Below are positions 42,248 to 56,156 of a stretch of 64,000 nt of DNA, piece by piece. The stretch spans positions 149,482,001-149,546,000 of the forward strand of contig OZ024742.1 in NCBI GenBank assembly GCA_964016885.1, read 5' to 3'. The notes under the pieces were generated by a model. That model did not search any database and was not told the DNA's origin. It saw only the letters and a program-made list of their open reading frames with translations. This DNA is from Eledone cirrhosa. Lineage: Eukaryota. The position numbers and the translations under genes were made by a program. Each line of letters begins with the position of its first letter. The stretch's first letter is position 1.

Positions 42248-42697
42248 ATACTTGGGGAGGGTCATATTTGTGTAATATTGCCAGAATTAATAACAGAACA
42301 CACTCACTGTTTGGTTTTCGCTTTTCGCTTCTGTGTCTTTTATATCGGTAATCTAATTTATTCGGTCCTCAATGTTGCCATTGACTGACGAACGGTCAAA
42401 AATAATACAGATACAATATAGACACAAACACATATATATAGTTTATGATAAACTATATATATGTGTTTGTGTCTATATTGTATCTGTATTACTTTTGACC
42501 GTTGGTCAGTCAATGGCAACATTGAGGACCGAATAAATTAGATTACCGATATAAAAGATACAGAAGCGAAAAGCGAAAACCAAACAGTGAGTGTGTTCTG
42601 TTATTAATTCTGGCAATATTACACAAATATGACCCTCCCCAAGTATAACAATATTTGTTTCGACACACGATTTCATATCAAAAACCTCGCAAAACTA
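42240..42697 (+). mobile_element. Fold-back element (palindrome 42240-42654 plus tail), ribozyme part absent
   Basis: tattgttatacttggggagggtcat arms; tail tttcgacacacgatttca as at ~22232. Confidence 0.85.
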
Positions 42698-42714
42698 ATA
42701 TATATATATATATA

Positions 42715-43107
42715 CGAGGGCAATCCCAAAAGTAAGGTCTCCTTCCGATATTGCAACTTTTCCGTTAAAATCCTGTGGATGGTGCTTCGGGAAACCTCAG
42801 GAACTAAAATGCAGATAGCATCCAGAGTGATCCGCCGATCTTTACGCATGTTTTCCCCGGAAGGAGACCTTACTTTTGGGATTGTCCTCTATATAATAAC
42901 TGCGCGAAATTCGCATTTGGCGGTAGCGTTCAACGGGAGCTCCATTCTCAACAGCTGCCAAGCCAAGATTGAGCATCCCAGCGAAGCGCGCGCATGCTTG
43001 TTTGGGAGTGAAGGAATCACCAATCACAACAGTGTTGCCAACAGCCGTACGAACAATTTCTCTGCGTCCCCATCGCTTTGGAGACTTTACTTTTGCGATT
43101 ACCCTCG
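42715..43107. mobile_element. Mariner-type MITE with an extra internal TIR
   Basis: cgagggcaatcccaaaagtaaggtctcc; inverted copies end at 42890 and 43107; TA flanks. Confidence 0.85.
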
Positions 43108-43218
43108 TATATATATATAGGAGATGAATACCAGTTTCTTACCAAATGCGAAGAAGCTCGATATATTAGCCCCATATGAAAAGGCACAGAGCATAATTTT
43201 CTTTTAATTATATATACA

Positions 43219-43472
43219 CAGTGGCGGTGGAACTGGCAGGGAGGAGGAGGGGGGGGGCATGCACCCCTCCAACTTCAATAATTATATTTTTCTCCCCAAA
43301 CTACAAAAACACACACATCTATTTGGATATGCGCTACAATTTATGTACATGTTATGTTTATCGCATACCGAAGTTTTCTGACCATTTTAGAGTGCAAAGA
43401 GATAAACTAATCACTAAAACTAAATTGTCCAAATTTGGCACAACCAATTCTGAAATGCTTCCGCCGCCCCTG
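43219..43472. mobile_element. Non-autonomous DNA transposon (hAT-like ends)
   Basis: cagtggcggtggaa / ttccgccgcccctg. Confidence 0.65.
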
Positions 43473-43794
43473 ATATATATATATAAATACAGTAAAGAAA
43501 TGTGTAGCCTCAATAACGAAGAAAAATATTTTTTTCTATTTTTGAAAATGTCATACAGAACTGTTTCAAGATTTGTTAAACTTTTATCAGTGCCACTCAC
43601 TTAAACCGTACAAGCATGAAATAGACTATAGTCTATATAAGAAATTGTGTGAGGATCATTTGTTGGAGATGTTCATTTGCATGTAGCAAATAGAAAAAAA
43701 CAGCGGCTGGAAATGCCCATTTGCCTATAATGCGAGGTTGGCTGGTTATATTTAATTGGTGGTAGAACCAAAACAGCGTTTAAGCATATGTATC

Positions 43795-43999
43795 TATAAT
43801 AGAGGTGTATATGAAAACATATATAAACATATATAATACTTATATATACAATAAACAGATGGGTAGCCTCGCTGTCGAAGAAAAGTATTTTTTCGTTACC
43901 AAAATATATTTTTCTTCGGCAGCGAGGCTACTCATATGTTTATTGTATATATACGTACTATATATGTTTATATATCTTTTCATATACACATCTATTATA
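43795..43999. repeat. Imperfect palindrome
   Basis: gtagcctcgctgtcgaagaaaa / ttttcttcggcagcgaggctac; outer tataataga / tctattata. Confidence 0.75.
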
Positions 44000-44005
44000 C
44001 ACACG

Positions 44006-44054
<49 letters not shown>

Positions 44055-44083
44055 ACACACACACACACACACACGCGCGCGCC

Positions 44084-44171
<88 letters not shown>

Positions 44172-44291
44172 AAAGATAAACACAAACGGTACAGAATATG
44201 GAAGGAATATATTAGTTTAACGCTTGAAATAGCAGGAAGGGGAACGTTTCGGACGCTAGCGTACATATATATTTATAAATAAAATATATAA

Positions 44292-44383
<92 letters not shown>

Positions 44384-45931
44384 AACATAATTGTTCTGAA
44401 TGCTAGATAAGCTAGATAGAAAGAAGTAGGGGTGAAAAATAAATAGAAGAGAAATTAGAGTATCCTCAACCAAATATAGAAAAAGTGAAAGAAGGAAAGC
44501 AAGAGGTACAATCACTGTATAAGTACCTCCACCCAAATAACGGTAGCTGTTAGTACTCTGCTATATACGATGGAACAATGTGTACATTTGAGTCAGGGAT
44601 ATAAAACAGTAAGCAGTGTTAATAAAGACTTAATTGTCTAAAAGCTCTCTTTTATTTTCTCGTGTGATGCTTTATATAGACTTATTGCCGTCAATACTAC
44701 TTTGGCTTTGAAAAATTTACTTCTGTTTATTTTATATCGCAAACTGTGAACATTAGTAACCATAGCTACGTGGTACCAACTGTCCAATCATTATCTCAAT
44801 TCACTTCTAATTAGGAAAGTTACAAATGAGCGCCTAACCCCCATTACAGAGGGCTTCATCCGCGTAGGACTATTTTCTAGACGAATTATATAACCTACCT
44901 ATGCCAATATAAATCGGTGAATGATACACATATGAAATACGCTCCTCCACATATATATATAAGTAAGAATAGTATCCCGAATGGTTAAATAGGGTACTCA
45001 ATACGTTAGTAGAATGTAAGCATATTTATTTTATATAGAAATTACTTCTAATGGAGTGGAAGTGGCATTCGTATGAGATCACCAGGAACGAATGAAACAG
45101 TTCTAGTCATATAGAAGTCACTTCTATATATATAATCTATATTAAAATATGAGCGCTTTCTGTCCGTCCGTTCGTTCTTTTTCCCGTCCGCCATGCTCAC
45201 TTTATATATAAAGGGGGAACGCCAAGCGAGTGATATGTACATAGATAGAGAGAGAAAAGGGAACGCCGTGTGTTTCCGAGGTGACAGAAAGAGGCAGATA
45301 GATAGAAAGCTACGACGTCTCCCTCTTTTATAGAGAGAGGGGGATCGCCAGTGAAAGTGTGTGTGTGTGTGAGTGTGTGCGTATGTATGTGTGTGTGTAT
45401 GTAACAGAAAGAGGGAGAAGACGCCACCCTCATCTAGTATATATTTAATTATTAAGGCCAGTTACTACAACGGCGCCATACCTGGTACGAAAGTTTCGTT
45501 AGCCCTGAGGACCAACTTGTTAAAAAAAATATACATGACACTGCATAGTGCCAAAGGTCGCACCGTCTCCATTCAGAGTAAGTGCACTGCAATAGCTTAG
45601 GTTTCAAAGAGCCAGGCCTTTTCTACTGCTGAAATAGTTAAGATGAGTCAATGTAAATGTCTTCAAGTAGCATACGGTCATCAAATATGAGAGATCTCAG
45701 GAGAGCTTTCATCGCGGCAAGATACACAAATGTGCACAGAAGTATCTCACACAGTCAGTCACTAAAACCCAAGTAGAGAAGAGAAGCTATAGATAGTGTA
45801 GCAACCATGATAGAGATGCTGAAGCATGGCCATATGAATAGGAAAAAATGGTAAAAGTTAGTTTCTCTTTCTCTCTTTCTTAAATATATATTATGTATGT
45901 ATGTATGCATGTACTTTATTTTATCGACCCC

Positions 45932-46643
45932 ATTGCTTTATATCTGGAGATCTCTCTGCACTTGTCGTCACATGGTACCATGGACCCAGCACTATGTGTC
46001 AATAATTGTCGCAAGTGTAGTGTTTGTACCAGAGTTTTCAAATCGCTGGCTGGACTAAAAAGTCACACTCGTTCAGCGCATCGGTAGGGGTTCTCCTACA
46101 TGGATATAAAGTAGTGGCCGTACTCGAAAACGAGTTGGCAGCCACCATGTATGTATGTATGTGTCAGTAATTGTCACAAGTGTAGTGTTTGTACCAGAGT
46201 TTTCAAGTCGCTGGCTGGACTAAAATGTCACACTCGTTCAGCGCACCGGTAGGGGTTCTCCTACATGGATATAAAGTAGTGGCTGTACTCGAAAACGAGT
46301 TGGCAGCCACCATGTATGTATGTATGTGTCAGTAATTGTCACAAGTGTAGTGTTTGTACCAGAGTTTTCAAGTCGCTGGCTGGACTAAAATGTCACACTC
46401 GTTCAGCGCATCGGTAGGGGTTCTCCTACATGGATATAAAGTAGTGGCTGTACTCGAAAACGAGTTGGCAGCCACCATGTATGTATGTATGTGTCAGTAA
46501 TTGTCACAAGTGTAGTGTTTGTACCAGAGTTTTCAAGTCGCTGGCTGGACTAAAAAGTCACACTCGTTCAGCGCATCAGTAGGGGTTCTCCTACATGGAT
46601 ATAAAGTAGTGGCCGTACTCGAAAACGAGTTGGCAGCCACCAT
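45932..46643 (+). repeat. LINE 3' end amplified into four tandem 165-nt units
   Basis: gtgtca(a/g)taattgtc at 45996, 46161, 46326 and 46491; (ATGT)n tails. Confidence 0.9.
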
Positions 46644-46674
46644 ATATATATGTGTGTGTGTGTATGTGTGTATA

Positions 46675-46750
46675 CAGGGTGTCCCCAACATTGTATACAT
46701 TCTTTTATTAGAATGTTGTTGAAGTGTGTATACATCATTTGGGACATCCA

Positions 46751-46751
<1 letters not shown>
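46675..46751. mobile_element. Tiny Tc1-like MITE
   Basis: cagggtgtcccc / gggacatccag; TA flanks. Confidence 0.6.
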
Positions 46752-46797
<46 letters not shown>

Positions 46798-46889
46798 AAG
46801 TAATTCCGTGGAAAAGGTAAAGGAAAGAAGAGTGCTCTATATATAGCACAGAGCTATTTAATTATGTAATAAACAACACAATATAATTA

Positions 46890-46960
46890 TTCTATTACCC
46901 AAGGTTTCACGAAGTCAGACGATTCTAACAGAGGCGTCTGAAACCGTTCATCAGATAGAA
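46890..46960 (-). ncRNA. Type-I hammerhead ribozyme
   Basis: ttctat CTGATGA acggtttcagacg..cgtctgacttcgt GAAA ccttggg TA atagaa. Confidence 0.85.
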
Positions 46961-46990
46961 ATCTTTATTTGGATTTCCATTATTATTACA

Positions 46991-47172
46991 TTGGCAGTAT
47001 CGGTAGAGGGTCGGACGCCATGCTTTGATGCATAGAGTTACGGCCCTTGCCATTCTGAGTTCAAATCCCGCCGAGGTTAACTTTGCCTTTCATCCTTATG
47101 GGGTCGATAAAATAAAGTACCAGTAATACACTGGGTAATTTGCTGGCCTTGTGCCTAAAGTAGAAACAATTT
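46991..47172 (+). mobile_element. SINE with ttattacat TSD
   Basis: SINE consensus; flanking duplication. Confidence 0.88.
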
Positions 47173-47285
47173 ATTACATAATTAACCCCCCCCCCTCTCA
47201 AGCGTGAACCTAATACTAACACTTTGTATTGCACTATTCGTTATTGTTTATGTTTTCTGTTTTAACTTATATATATATATATATA

Positions 47286-47391
47286 GAAGGGCTTATGCCC
47301 GAAACGTCCCCCCCCCCGCTCCACCCTCAAGAGCGTGAAACTAATAAACCTTTGTTTGTACTGCCTCTCTGTTTTGTTCCCGTTCCATTTT

Positions 47392-47395
<4 letters not shown>
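47286..47395 (+). mobile_element. Penelope-like terminal fragment with 5'-truncated minimal hammerhead
   Basis: gaagggcttatgccc GAAA c GTC; downstream part also present at 47185-47268. Confidence 0.5.
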
Positions 47396-47429
<34 letters not shown>

Positions 47430-47553
47430 AAACTAATCTGTATTGTATTTTATGTGATGAAAGCGCACCATAATTTGCCTTGATGGCCCTTGAAATATGT
47501 ATAATAAAATAAATATGGTTTTATAAATATAGTTTCCATTTGTTAATATATTG
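47430..47553 (+). mobile_element. Family C single-arm copy; hammerhead core mutated to GTGATGA
   Basis: Near-identical to 31156-31279. Confidence 0.8.
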
Positions 47554-47573
47554 TATATATATATATATATATG

Positions 47574-47662
<89 letters not shown>

Positions 47663-48402
47663 TCTGACTCGCACGAAGTCGTTTCCCTCATTGTTTAACG
47701 AAAGAGTGCATTCTGGCCAGCTGGGTTCGAATTTTAATGATACAAACTTAGATATCGATTGAATGGGTGAGGAAACAGCCTAAGGTATGTCCTTTCTATT
47801 CGACTTGCTTCGTCTCCTAATTATATATTTACATAGCTATCGAAACGCCCAGAGCTCAGCCGTCGGAGTCCTGAATCTCTTCATATATATGTGTGTGTGT
47901 GTGTGTGAGGGTGTGGGTGCGTGCGCGCGAGCGCCCGTGTGCGTGCGCACGTGTGTGTGTGTGTGGGTGTGTTCACGTTTGTGCGTATGTGTGTATGAGT
48001 GAGTGTCTGGCTGTGTCTGTGAAATCGACCATGGGGGGAGGGGGGTATAAACAAATTGATAGATAACTAGACAGTCGGGGAAGAAAGCGAAGAAGAAAAG
48101 GAAAAATAAACGTATATAGAGGTGAATTTGTGTTGTAAGAGTGGGTATGTAAAAAAAAAAAAAGAAGGAAACAAAATATACAACCACTGTATAACTATCT
48201 CCACCCAAATAACGGTAGCTGTTGGTGCTCTGCTACATACGATGGAACAATGTGTACATTTGAGTCAGGGATATAAAACAGTAAGCAGTCTTAATAAAGA
48301 CTTAATTGTTTAAAAGCTCTCTTTTATTTTCTCGTGTGATGCTTTATAGACTTATTGCCGTCAATACTATTTTGGCTTTGAAAAATTGACTTCTGCTCTG
48401 GT

Positions 48403-48690
48403 AGTGCGTGGATTAGTGATTAGAGTGCAGTGTCCACGAATAAGAAGTCGTGAGTTCAATTCACGGACTCGGTGGTGCATTGTATCCTTAAGCAAAGCAC
48501 TTTATTTTCCATAGATCCAGTCCACACATCTTATGAAAAGTAGTTCTGCGGACGCAAATGACAAGTTCTATCGGATTTTGTCTTTTCTTTTGACAGCATT
48601 GGTGTCCTGGAGAGGGAAAATCTCTTGCATGCATGGGCGACTGCTTGTCTTCCAAAAAGCAACCTATCCAGGTTTGTACTTGTAAATCCA
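48403..48690 (+). mobile_element. Decayed CORE-like SINE
   Basis: gtgagttcaattc B box; tccttaagcaaagcactttattt; catgggcgactgc. Confidence 0.65.
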
Positions 48691-48969
48691 TAGTCTGTCA
48701 GTCATGGGTGTAGAACCAATCGCCAGTGATATCCGACGAGGTCCCTTTCTTCTTCATTCGATCTTATATCGCAATTTGTAAACATTAGCATCGCTTGCGA
48801 CAAGAGACAAACGGTGACAGTAACACTGTGTGTCTAATCCGATGCAAGTACTTCCTTTAGATAGAAACTCGTTTCCGGTTTTCTCGGTGATTTTTATATT
48901 CTATGCTGATATAAGTTGGCGTAAAACACACGTACCCATAATATTCACACATACACAGGCGTGCACCCA

Positions 48970-49059
<90 letters not shown>

Positions 49060-49289
49060 CATAATTAGAAAATATACTTTCTTCAATCGTATTTTTGTTT
49101 TACGTTGCCTGAATCTAGTGTTACATTGCAAAATCCAAAATCCAGAGGCTTCTCACTCCTGTTGGAGGAACCCCGTCATATAAGTAAAACACATTCGTAA
49201 ATACAACGAAATATGATTGGTCATTGAGATTTCATTCGTTGCCGAAAGATCGATAAAAAATATGCCACACTTTCATTTATTCAAGCGTT

Positions 49290-50212
49290 TGTCTTCAAGT
49301 ATCCAACCGTCATCCATTTGCCGAACATGACCGAGCCAGCGAAGACGGCGTTAGCTCAGAAGGACGAAGACAGTTGACCAGCCTGCACGCTCAAGCATTT
49401 CAGTTTTGGGGATACTGTTCTGCCAACGGATTCCAAGAATGCGTCTGAAGCAACAGAGACAGAAACTGTTTAGTCTCCACTCTTGGTACATTAGGGTAGA
49501 GTAGGGTGCTTAGAAAGCAAACTCTGTACACCTGCATCTTGGTGTTCTCAGTCACCATTTTGTTTGACCACACCCTCTTGTGAAGTTTGATATGACCCGG
49601 GCGGCTCTCGCAATTCATGAATTGATCTCTGGTTTAAGAGAAAGATTCGAGGCTATTGTATATCCCAGATACCGGAACGAGTCAGTCAGTGTTCCGCTAT
49701 AGCTCAATGTGCTGTACATGTCCTTGTGAAAGGATTCGACAATAGCCAGTTATTTGGAGGGACAACCTATCTTCCTCAGAAGTGTTAACAGTCCGCTGCT
49801 ACTAACCAGATGAAATGCCTTTGTCAAATCTATGAAGGCAAGGTAGAGTGGCTGGGTTTTTTCCTGCAGCGGTCTGACGGAAAATATCATGTCGATGGTA
49901 GATCTGCCCGATCTGAATTCATACTGCGACTCTGGGTATATGTGTGCAGCCAGAACTTGCAGCCGGGCCAGGATGACTCTTGTAAAAACGCTGCCCACAA
50001 TATTGAGTAGAGAGATGACTCGATAGCTGTTACAACCGTTACGGTCGCCCTTGTTCTTGTACAGGGTCACGATCTTGGCATCTCCCATGTCCTGTAGTAC
50101 AGAGCCCTTACTCCAACATATGCACAGTAAAATTCCTGAAGCAATGCTGCTTTCCCACATCTGATGAATTCAGGAGGTATCCCATCCTCTCCTGGGTCCT
50201 TTCCAACTGTCA
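49290..50212 (-). pseudogene. RTE-BovB-like reverse transcriptase fragment
   Basis: DAKIVTLYKNKGDR..SYRVISLLNIVG..PESQYEFRSGRSTIDMIFS..LAFIDLTKAF; KLHKRVWSNK..TKMQVYR. Confidence 0.9.
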
Positions 50213-50214
50213 GA

Positions 50215-50517
50215 CAAAAAACGCTTGAAAACGACTTAGAACAAATTTAAATCAAAATCAAAATTTCATCCCTATTGTGTTTTCCCAGTGTTTTCTTTTT
50301 AGTTTTGTGCGTTTTTTAAAAATATTATTTTATAATAACTGCACCTTTTCTGTTTTAGAACCCATAAAAAATGATTTCTGGGTGGTTTTGTGGGGCCGGA
50401 ACGGATTATTTATATTTTAATTGATTTTAATAGGGAAAATTGATTTGTAAAACGAGTAAGTCGTAAAACGAGCTCGGTCACGGAATGAATTAAACTCGTA
50501 CTGCAAGGTATCACTGT
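50215..50517. mobile_element. Pogo/Tigger-like DNA transposon end
   Basis: acggaatgaattaaactcgtactgcaaggtatcactg followed by TA. Confidence 0.6.
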
Positions 50518-50941
50518 ATAAAGGGTGACAAATAAAACAAAACAAAGTAATGTTTTATCCAATATATTTCAAGACAATCTTTCAGGGCTAAACCCTATTT
50601 TCAAATAACGGTTCAAAACAAAAACGAACGATCGATGTGTTCTTTCATTTTTGAAATGATCTTTCATTGTTGAAATGCAATCTTCTGAGGTCTGCGTCCT
50701 AGATGGCTGCCTAATTGACCCAAAGATAGCGCTGGCTTTATCTCTGGATAAGTCCGGCTGGAACGAGAGAATAAGACAAAAAATAAATCCAATTCACATG
50801 TAAATGACGTCGTAATACAATGTAATTGTGAACATCCTGTGTGAGCGAACACGATAGTGAGTGCTTATGTATGTATGTATGCATGTATGTATGTATGATG
50901 TATGTATGATGTATGTATATAACTATGTATGTATGTATGTA

Positions 50942-51070
<129 letters not shown>

Positions 51071-51580
51071 TATATGTGTACGTGTGTGTTTGTGTCAGTG
51101 TATGTGTCAGTGTATGTGCGTGCGTAAGTGTTTGTGTCAGGATACGTGTCTACGCGTTTATATGTCAACAGGTGTATCTATGTATTTACTTAAAGGAAAA
51201 GGCTGCTAAGAGAAGGAAGGTGGTTGTAAAAGAATGAGTTAGATTGAATGAAGGGGTTGGGGTCGAAAGGTGTTTGTATGTGTAAACAAAACAGAGAGAT
51301 ATTAATTTCATTAGTAATAAATATCATAGATTGATGTCTAAAACATACACACACATATACATTCATCTCACGCACACACTCACACACACACATAAACATA
51401 CACTCACACACATACACACACACATTCACACACACATACACACACACAATCACACTCACACTCACACACGCACACGTATGTTTGCTCAAATACAGACATA
51501 AAAAGAGAGAAGAAATATCTGTCCCTTTAGACTCACAAACAAAAATATAAATGTTAAGTGGATGACAATAACAATATTGC

Positions 51581-51613
<33 letters not shown>

Positions 51614-53787
51614 ACACTGTGTCGTGTACGTACAGAAATACTTACATACCTTAAATAAGACAACACCTCTGATATCGACCGAATTATTAATATATCATGA
51701 TCATGATCATGATCACCATCACTCGACTCAACCTCCCATTATGTCCACTATCCTTCATCAACAACTATTACAATTAATCAAGAGACCTAGGAGAAATAGC
51801 TGCTAAATCTCCATCAGACGACACCTTTGCTATCTTGAAAAAAAGACACGTTGAATTGTATAGTCTTATATAAGATGGAATCGTTCACGGCTGGAATGAT
51901 TTTGATCATGTGCGTGCACAGCGATTTTGTCTCTCTACGTGCATCTCGGATGGTCTGCTGTTTCATCCCGAATTGGTAATTCACCCACTCCAGTAATACT
52001 GCTAGGTTAAGGATTTATGTAAGTTAACCATAGGTCCCCGCACCGATAGACTTCCAGAACACATTAGCTAGTTAAGTATTGTAGACTTGCTGTTTTTTCC
52101 ACAGATCGCCGCTGCTTGACTCTTCCACTAGTTTCCTATAGAACGCTAACGTGTCAGGCGTCCGGTTTCAGTCTTTGTCAAAGAGAGCAGCTGTGTGAAA
52201 ACGTTTCTGACAAAAGGCGATCACACCTGTTGTCTGTTGAGGAGTTTTTTTTTGAGATCCCGCAACCGCAGCATTTCTGCACTTCATCAACTACAGCATA
52301 TCGCTGCCTTTGAGCAGATGTTGATAATAAATATTCCATCTGACCAATGAAGCACGTCTCATCTACAAGAAATGACAGAGCAGACGCTCCCATCTATTCA
52401 TATGAGAAGTGAGACAATGCACGACGGTCAGGTGGTAATATATCACGGAGGCCAACTCTGCCCGATCTTTAAGGGATAGTTTCCTCTCAGTACATTTGTA
52501 GGTGAAATTACCTAGCCTCTCGTGACCTCGCCCTAATTCTCACTTGGAATTCCATCAGAGTGCTGCGGCAGCCCGTCAGGGTAGGCACTAAAGCCGTCAT
52601 CTGACCCCTGTCTATTGCTCTCTCCAAATAAGTCAGTGAATTGCTGCTAGAAAATCACACACAACTGTTGGGAATCGAATAACATGTCCGACTCGCTCCG
52701 ATAAATGATTTTGTTGCCATCTCGCCCCTCTACTACCTGGAACTTCTGAAGGGCTTTCATTCTTTTTTTGTTTTAGAGCATACACCTTAACTCTGGCAAC
52801 GCAGCATTCATATTTCACGTTGAAGAAAAATAGTCGAGAGCCCATCTCACCACTAGCACGTCGGTTGCAATACCTTTCTTAATCATTTCTTATTCACTCA
52901 CTAGCTCTTATTCTAATCTATTTTTTCTCTATCGCTACTCCTTTTCTAAATCTAATCGATTCTACTCTAATCACCCTCTTCAGAGTACCCACCGTTGCTA
53001 ATTGACACCTAACTGTTCCGCTAATCCGTCCCTGTAAGCTACCTGCGCCAAACGCGATGTGTTCAGCTTCCAGTAACCGGGTACCTTTCTAGGCGTTTTA
53101 TTTAAGTCGACTGTGCAGATCACAAATTTGTGGTTTGTGTAGTTGGCTATCAGATATTATAGAGACCCTACACGGACTTAACAAATACTTTATCTAAATA
53201 TGATACAGGATGACCCGATGCAGTTATTCCATATGCGTACTACCTTTAAAAAAATCCAGTCGGTACTTGTTAGACGCTTGTAAAAGTCTGAACAAACATC
53301 CGAGCTTTAACTGCTCCTTTCGCCTATCAGCTAAACCGCCATTCCTGTTTCATAAAAGTATTAGAGAGAGGGACGTTCTCAACAATGCTTCTAGACGCCT
53401 AAATAACTCAGGCGGCCCTCCCTGGTCGAAGCATAGATGGCCATTAGTCCGAAAGCACCACCATCACTACTACTGACATCCAACACCATATATTATAGTG
53501 TCTGAATTTGGGAGGATCCTCCATACCTCAAGATCTAGGCTTTTTGTGAAAAAACACTACCCCTCTGCCATCAGTTACTGACCGATCACAGGTCGTATAC
53601 CCCTCGTAGTCGCCGGAGATGAATGTGTCTATACGCGTTCTGAAAATCTATGCTTTATAGTTAAGTGTTTCAATTATGTCCTTGCAACCTGGGGATGTTG
53701 AGCAAGTGACCTTGCTTCTAAGGTGACGCCAGGTCACATTCACTTAGACATCCTAATTTAAGTAAAGCTATGCTACATTATTCTTGA

Positions 53788-53965
53788 TTGGCAGTATCGG
53801 TAGAGGGTCGGATGCCATGCTTTGCAGCTAAGAGTTACGGCTCTTTATGGTCTGAGTTCAAATCCCGCCGAGGTTAACTTTGCCTTTCATCCTTACGGGG
53901 TCGGTAAAATAAAGTATCAGTAATACACTGGGATAATTGCTGGCCTTGTGCCAAAAGTAGAAACA
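53788..53965 (+). mobile_element. SINE with attattcttg TSD
   Basis: SINE consensus; flanking duplication. Confidence 0.88.
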
Positions 53966-54770
53966 ATTATTCTTGGAGAAGGACAGGTAATGTGGTCTTT
54001 TCAGATGAGAGCTATCTCTGAAAGTCTCATTCAAAGGTATTTTATTCGTCCGAACCTGGAACATTCCCGTGTCCCATGAGAGCGTTTCATACAGCCGTGG
54101 ACATCTTTTTCCTTTATCTAGGGAATCCAGAACCATATTATCGAACGTGTCTTTTCGTTAGAAGACTGTATGGTGTAATCTGAGAGAATGTTGGCTGCTG
54201 TTCTAGCAGTTCGAGCTACCACGTAGAGACTATTTCTTTGATTTGGCAGTTATCCGGTGATGTGGTGCCGACCATCTCAAAGCTACTCCTTATTTTGGGG
54301 GTGGGGATGTAACTCATCCACAATGAGATTGATAAGAGGGAGATTTTGAGTGGGTTGCAGTTGGATCTATTGTTCTATTCTTTTCTGCGTGCTTAAATTT
54401 TGTTGTTGCTGATATTGTTGATGTGGTTGCGGGTGAGGCCGTTGTGGTAGTTGTTACCATGGTGGTGGCCAGGGGCTAGTTAATGGGCTCTATCATCCCT
54501 GATCATAACAACGATCTCGTTATTTTCTCACAAGGGCAGCAGATGAAGGACACCAGAGGACGAACACATAAACAGTGTAGTGGAGGTGGGCGTTGTTGCT
54601 TTTAGGTCTCAGATCAGCCCTGAGAGTTCAGATAGAACTTTGATGATAGGGGTTCCAGTTGTGATCAACCTGTCGTTTTTTCCAGACGTCTACTGAGGTA
54701 GCTGTGACATGATTAAAACTAAAGATACCAGAGCAAGACCTTTGTATGTTTATTATACATAAATGTAAGG

Positions 54771-55110
54771 TTGTTGGTTTGGCAGTATCGGCAGAGCGTC
54801 CGACACTTTGCTTTGCAGCATAGAGTTACGACTCTTTACGTCCTGAGTTCAGATCTCGCCGAGGTTAACTTTGCCTTTCATCCTTACGGGGTCGATAAAA
54901 TAAAGCACCAGTAATACACTGGGTCGATTTAATCGACTTTCTGCTCTCCTTTAAATTGCTGGCCTTGTGCCTAAAATAGAAACAATTATACATAAGCGTA
55001 AGGGCAGTTAATTAGCTGAGTTGTTAAAACGTCGGATAAAAAGCATAGCGGCATTTGTACCTACTAATTACATTCTGAGTTCAAATCTTGCCAGTGTCAA
55101 ATTTGCTTTT
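54771..55110 (+). mobile_element. SINE followed by an older SINE fragment
   Basis: SINE consensus; attatacataa..gtaagg duplicated on both sides of the first copy. Confidence 0.82.
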
Positions 55111-55869
55111 TCTAGCAGGTCGGGGGTCCACGTAGGGTGTCCGCTTTGGCTAGTAGTGGGAGGGAGTTATAGAATGTAGAAGAACAATCATCATTACCAT
55201 CAACAACAATGCGGTGTTTTTGATGATAACCACTACCTGTTGGGGGGTGGATGATAAGACTAGAGACAGTGGCGGTGACAGCAGTGACAGCAGTAATGGG
55301 AGTAGAGGCGATGTAAGTGTGTCGGTGGAGGAACCACTAATGATGCTGATGATGGTGACAGTAATGATACAGTCGGCTGTAGCGGCGATGATGCTGTGAG
55401 TGTGTCAATAACCTAGCTCTTCACAATGGCAGTGGTGATGGAGGTTGTGTCAGTGTTTGCAGTCGATCCGTTCACAGTGGTGGTGGTGGTGGTGGTGGTG
55501 GTGGTGGAGTTAATGACGCTGGTGTAGAGATTACAATGCTGGGATTGCCCACCATTCAATATTTAGAAGCTCCCGAAAAATTATGTAATTTGAGGGCGGT
55601 AGCGAAGTAAATACGCTGTTTTCAGCAGAAGACCTTCAGGGCAGCAGGCTGAGCTGGTATACAGTATCAAGTAGCAGTTTTCATGGGTTATCAACTACCA
55701 AATAAGAACATAGTCGGCCACTTTACCTGAAATAGTTATTTATAGCTTGTTTACTCTTTCTTTCTTATTGACACTTGTGGTAGTTGTTATTGTGCATGTG
55801 TGTGTCTCTCTCTCTCTTTCTCCCCCCCCTCTCTCGCATTCACTCTGTCTTTCTCTGCGTTCGTGTATG

Positions 55870-55903
<34 letters not shown>

Positions 55904-56020
55904 TGTATGTATGTATGTATGTATGTATGTATGTATGTATGTATTTATCCATCTATTGATTTATCTAATATAGAAATCTCACCTCTCTTCCCCATCTTTG
56001 TATGCATACATAGATACACT

Positions 56021-56093
<73 letters not shown>

Positions 56094-56120
56094 TTGTGTG
56101 TAAATATGCATATATTTATT

Positions 56121-56156
<36 letters not shown>

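Noticed and set aside
51900-53750. Possible coding or LTR region
   Set aside because: No sustained ORF, terminal repeats or recognisable motifs.
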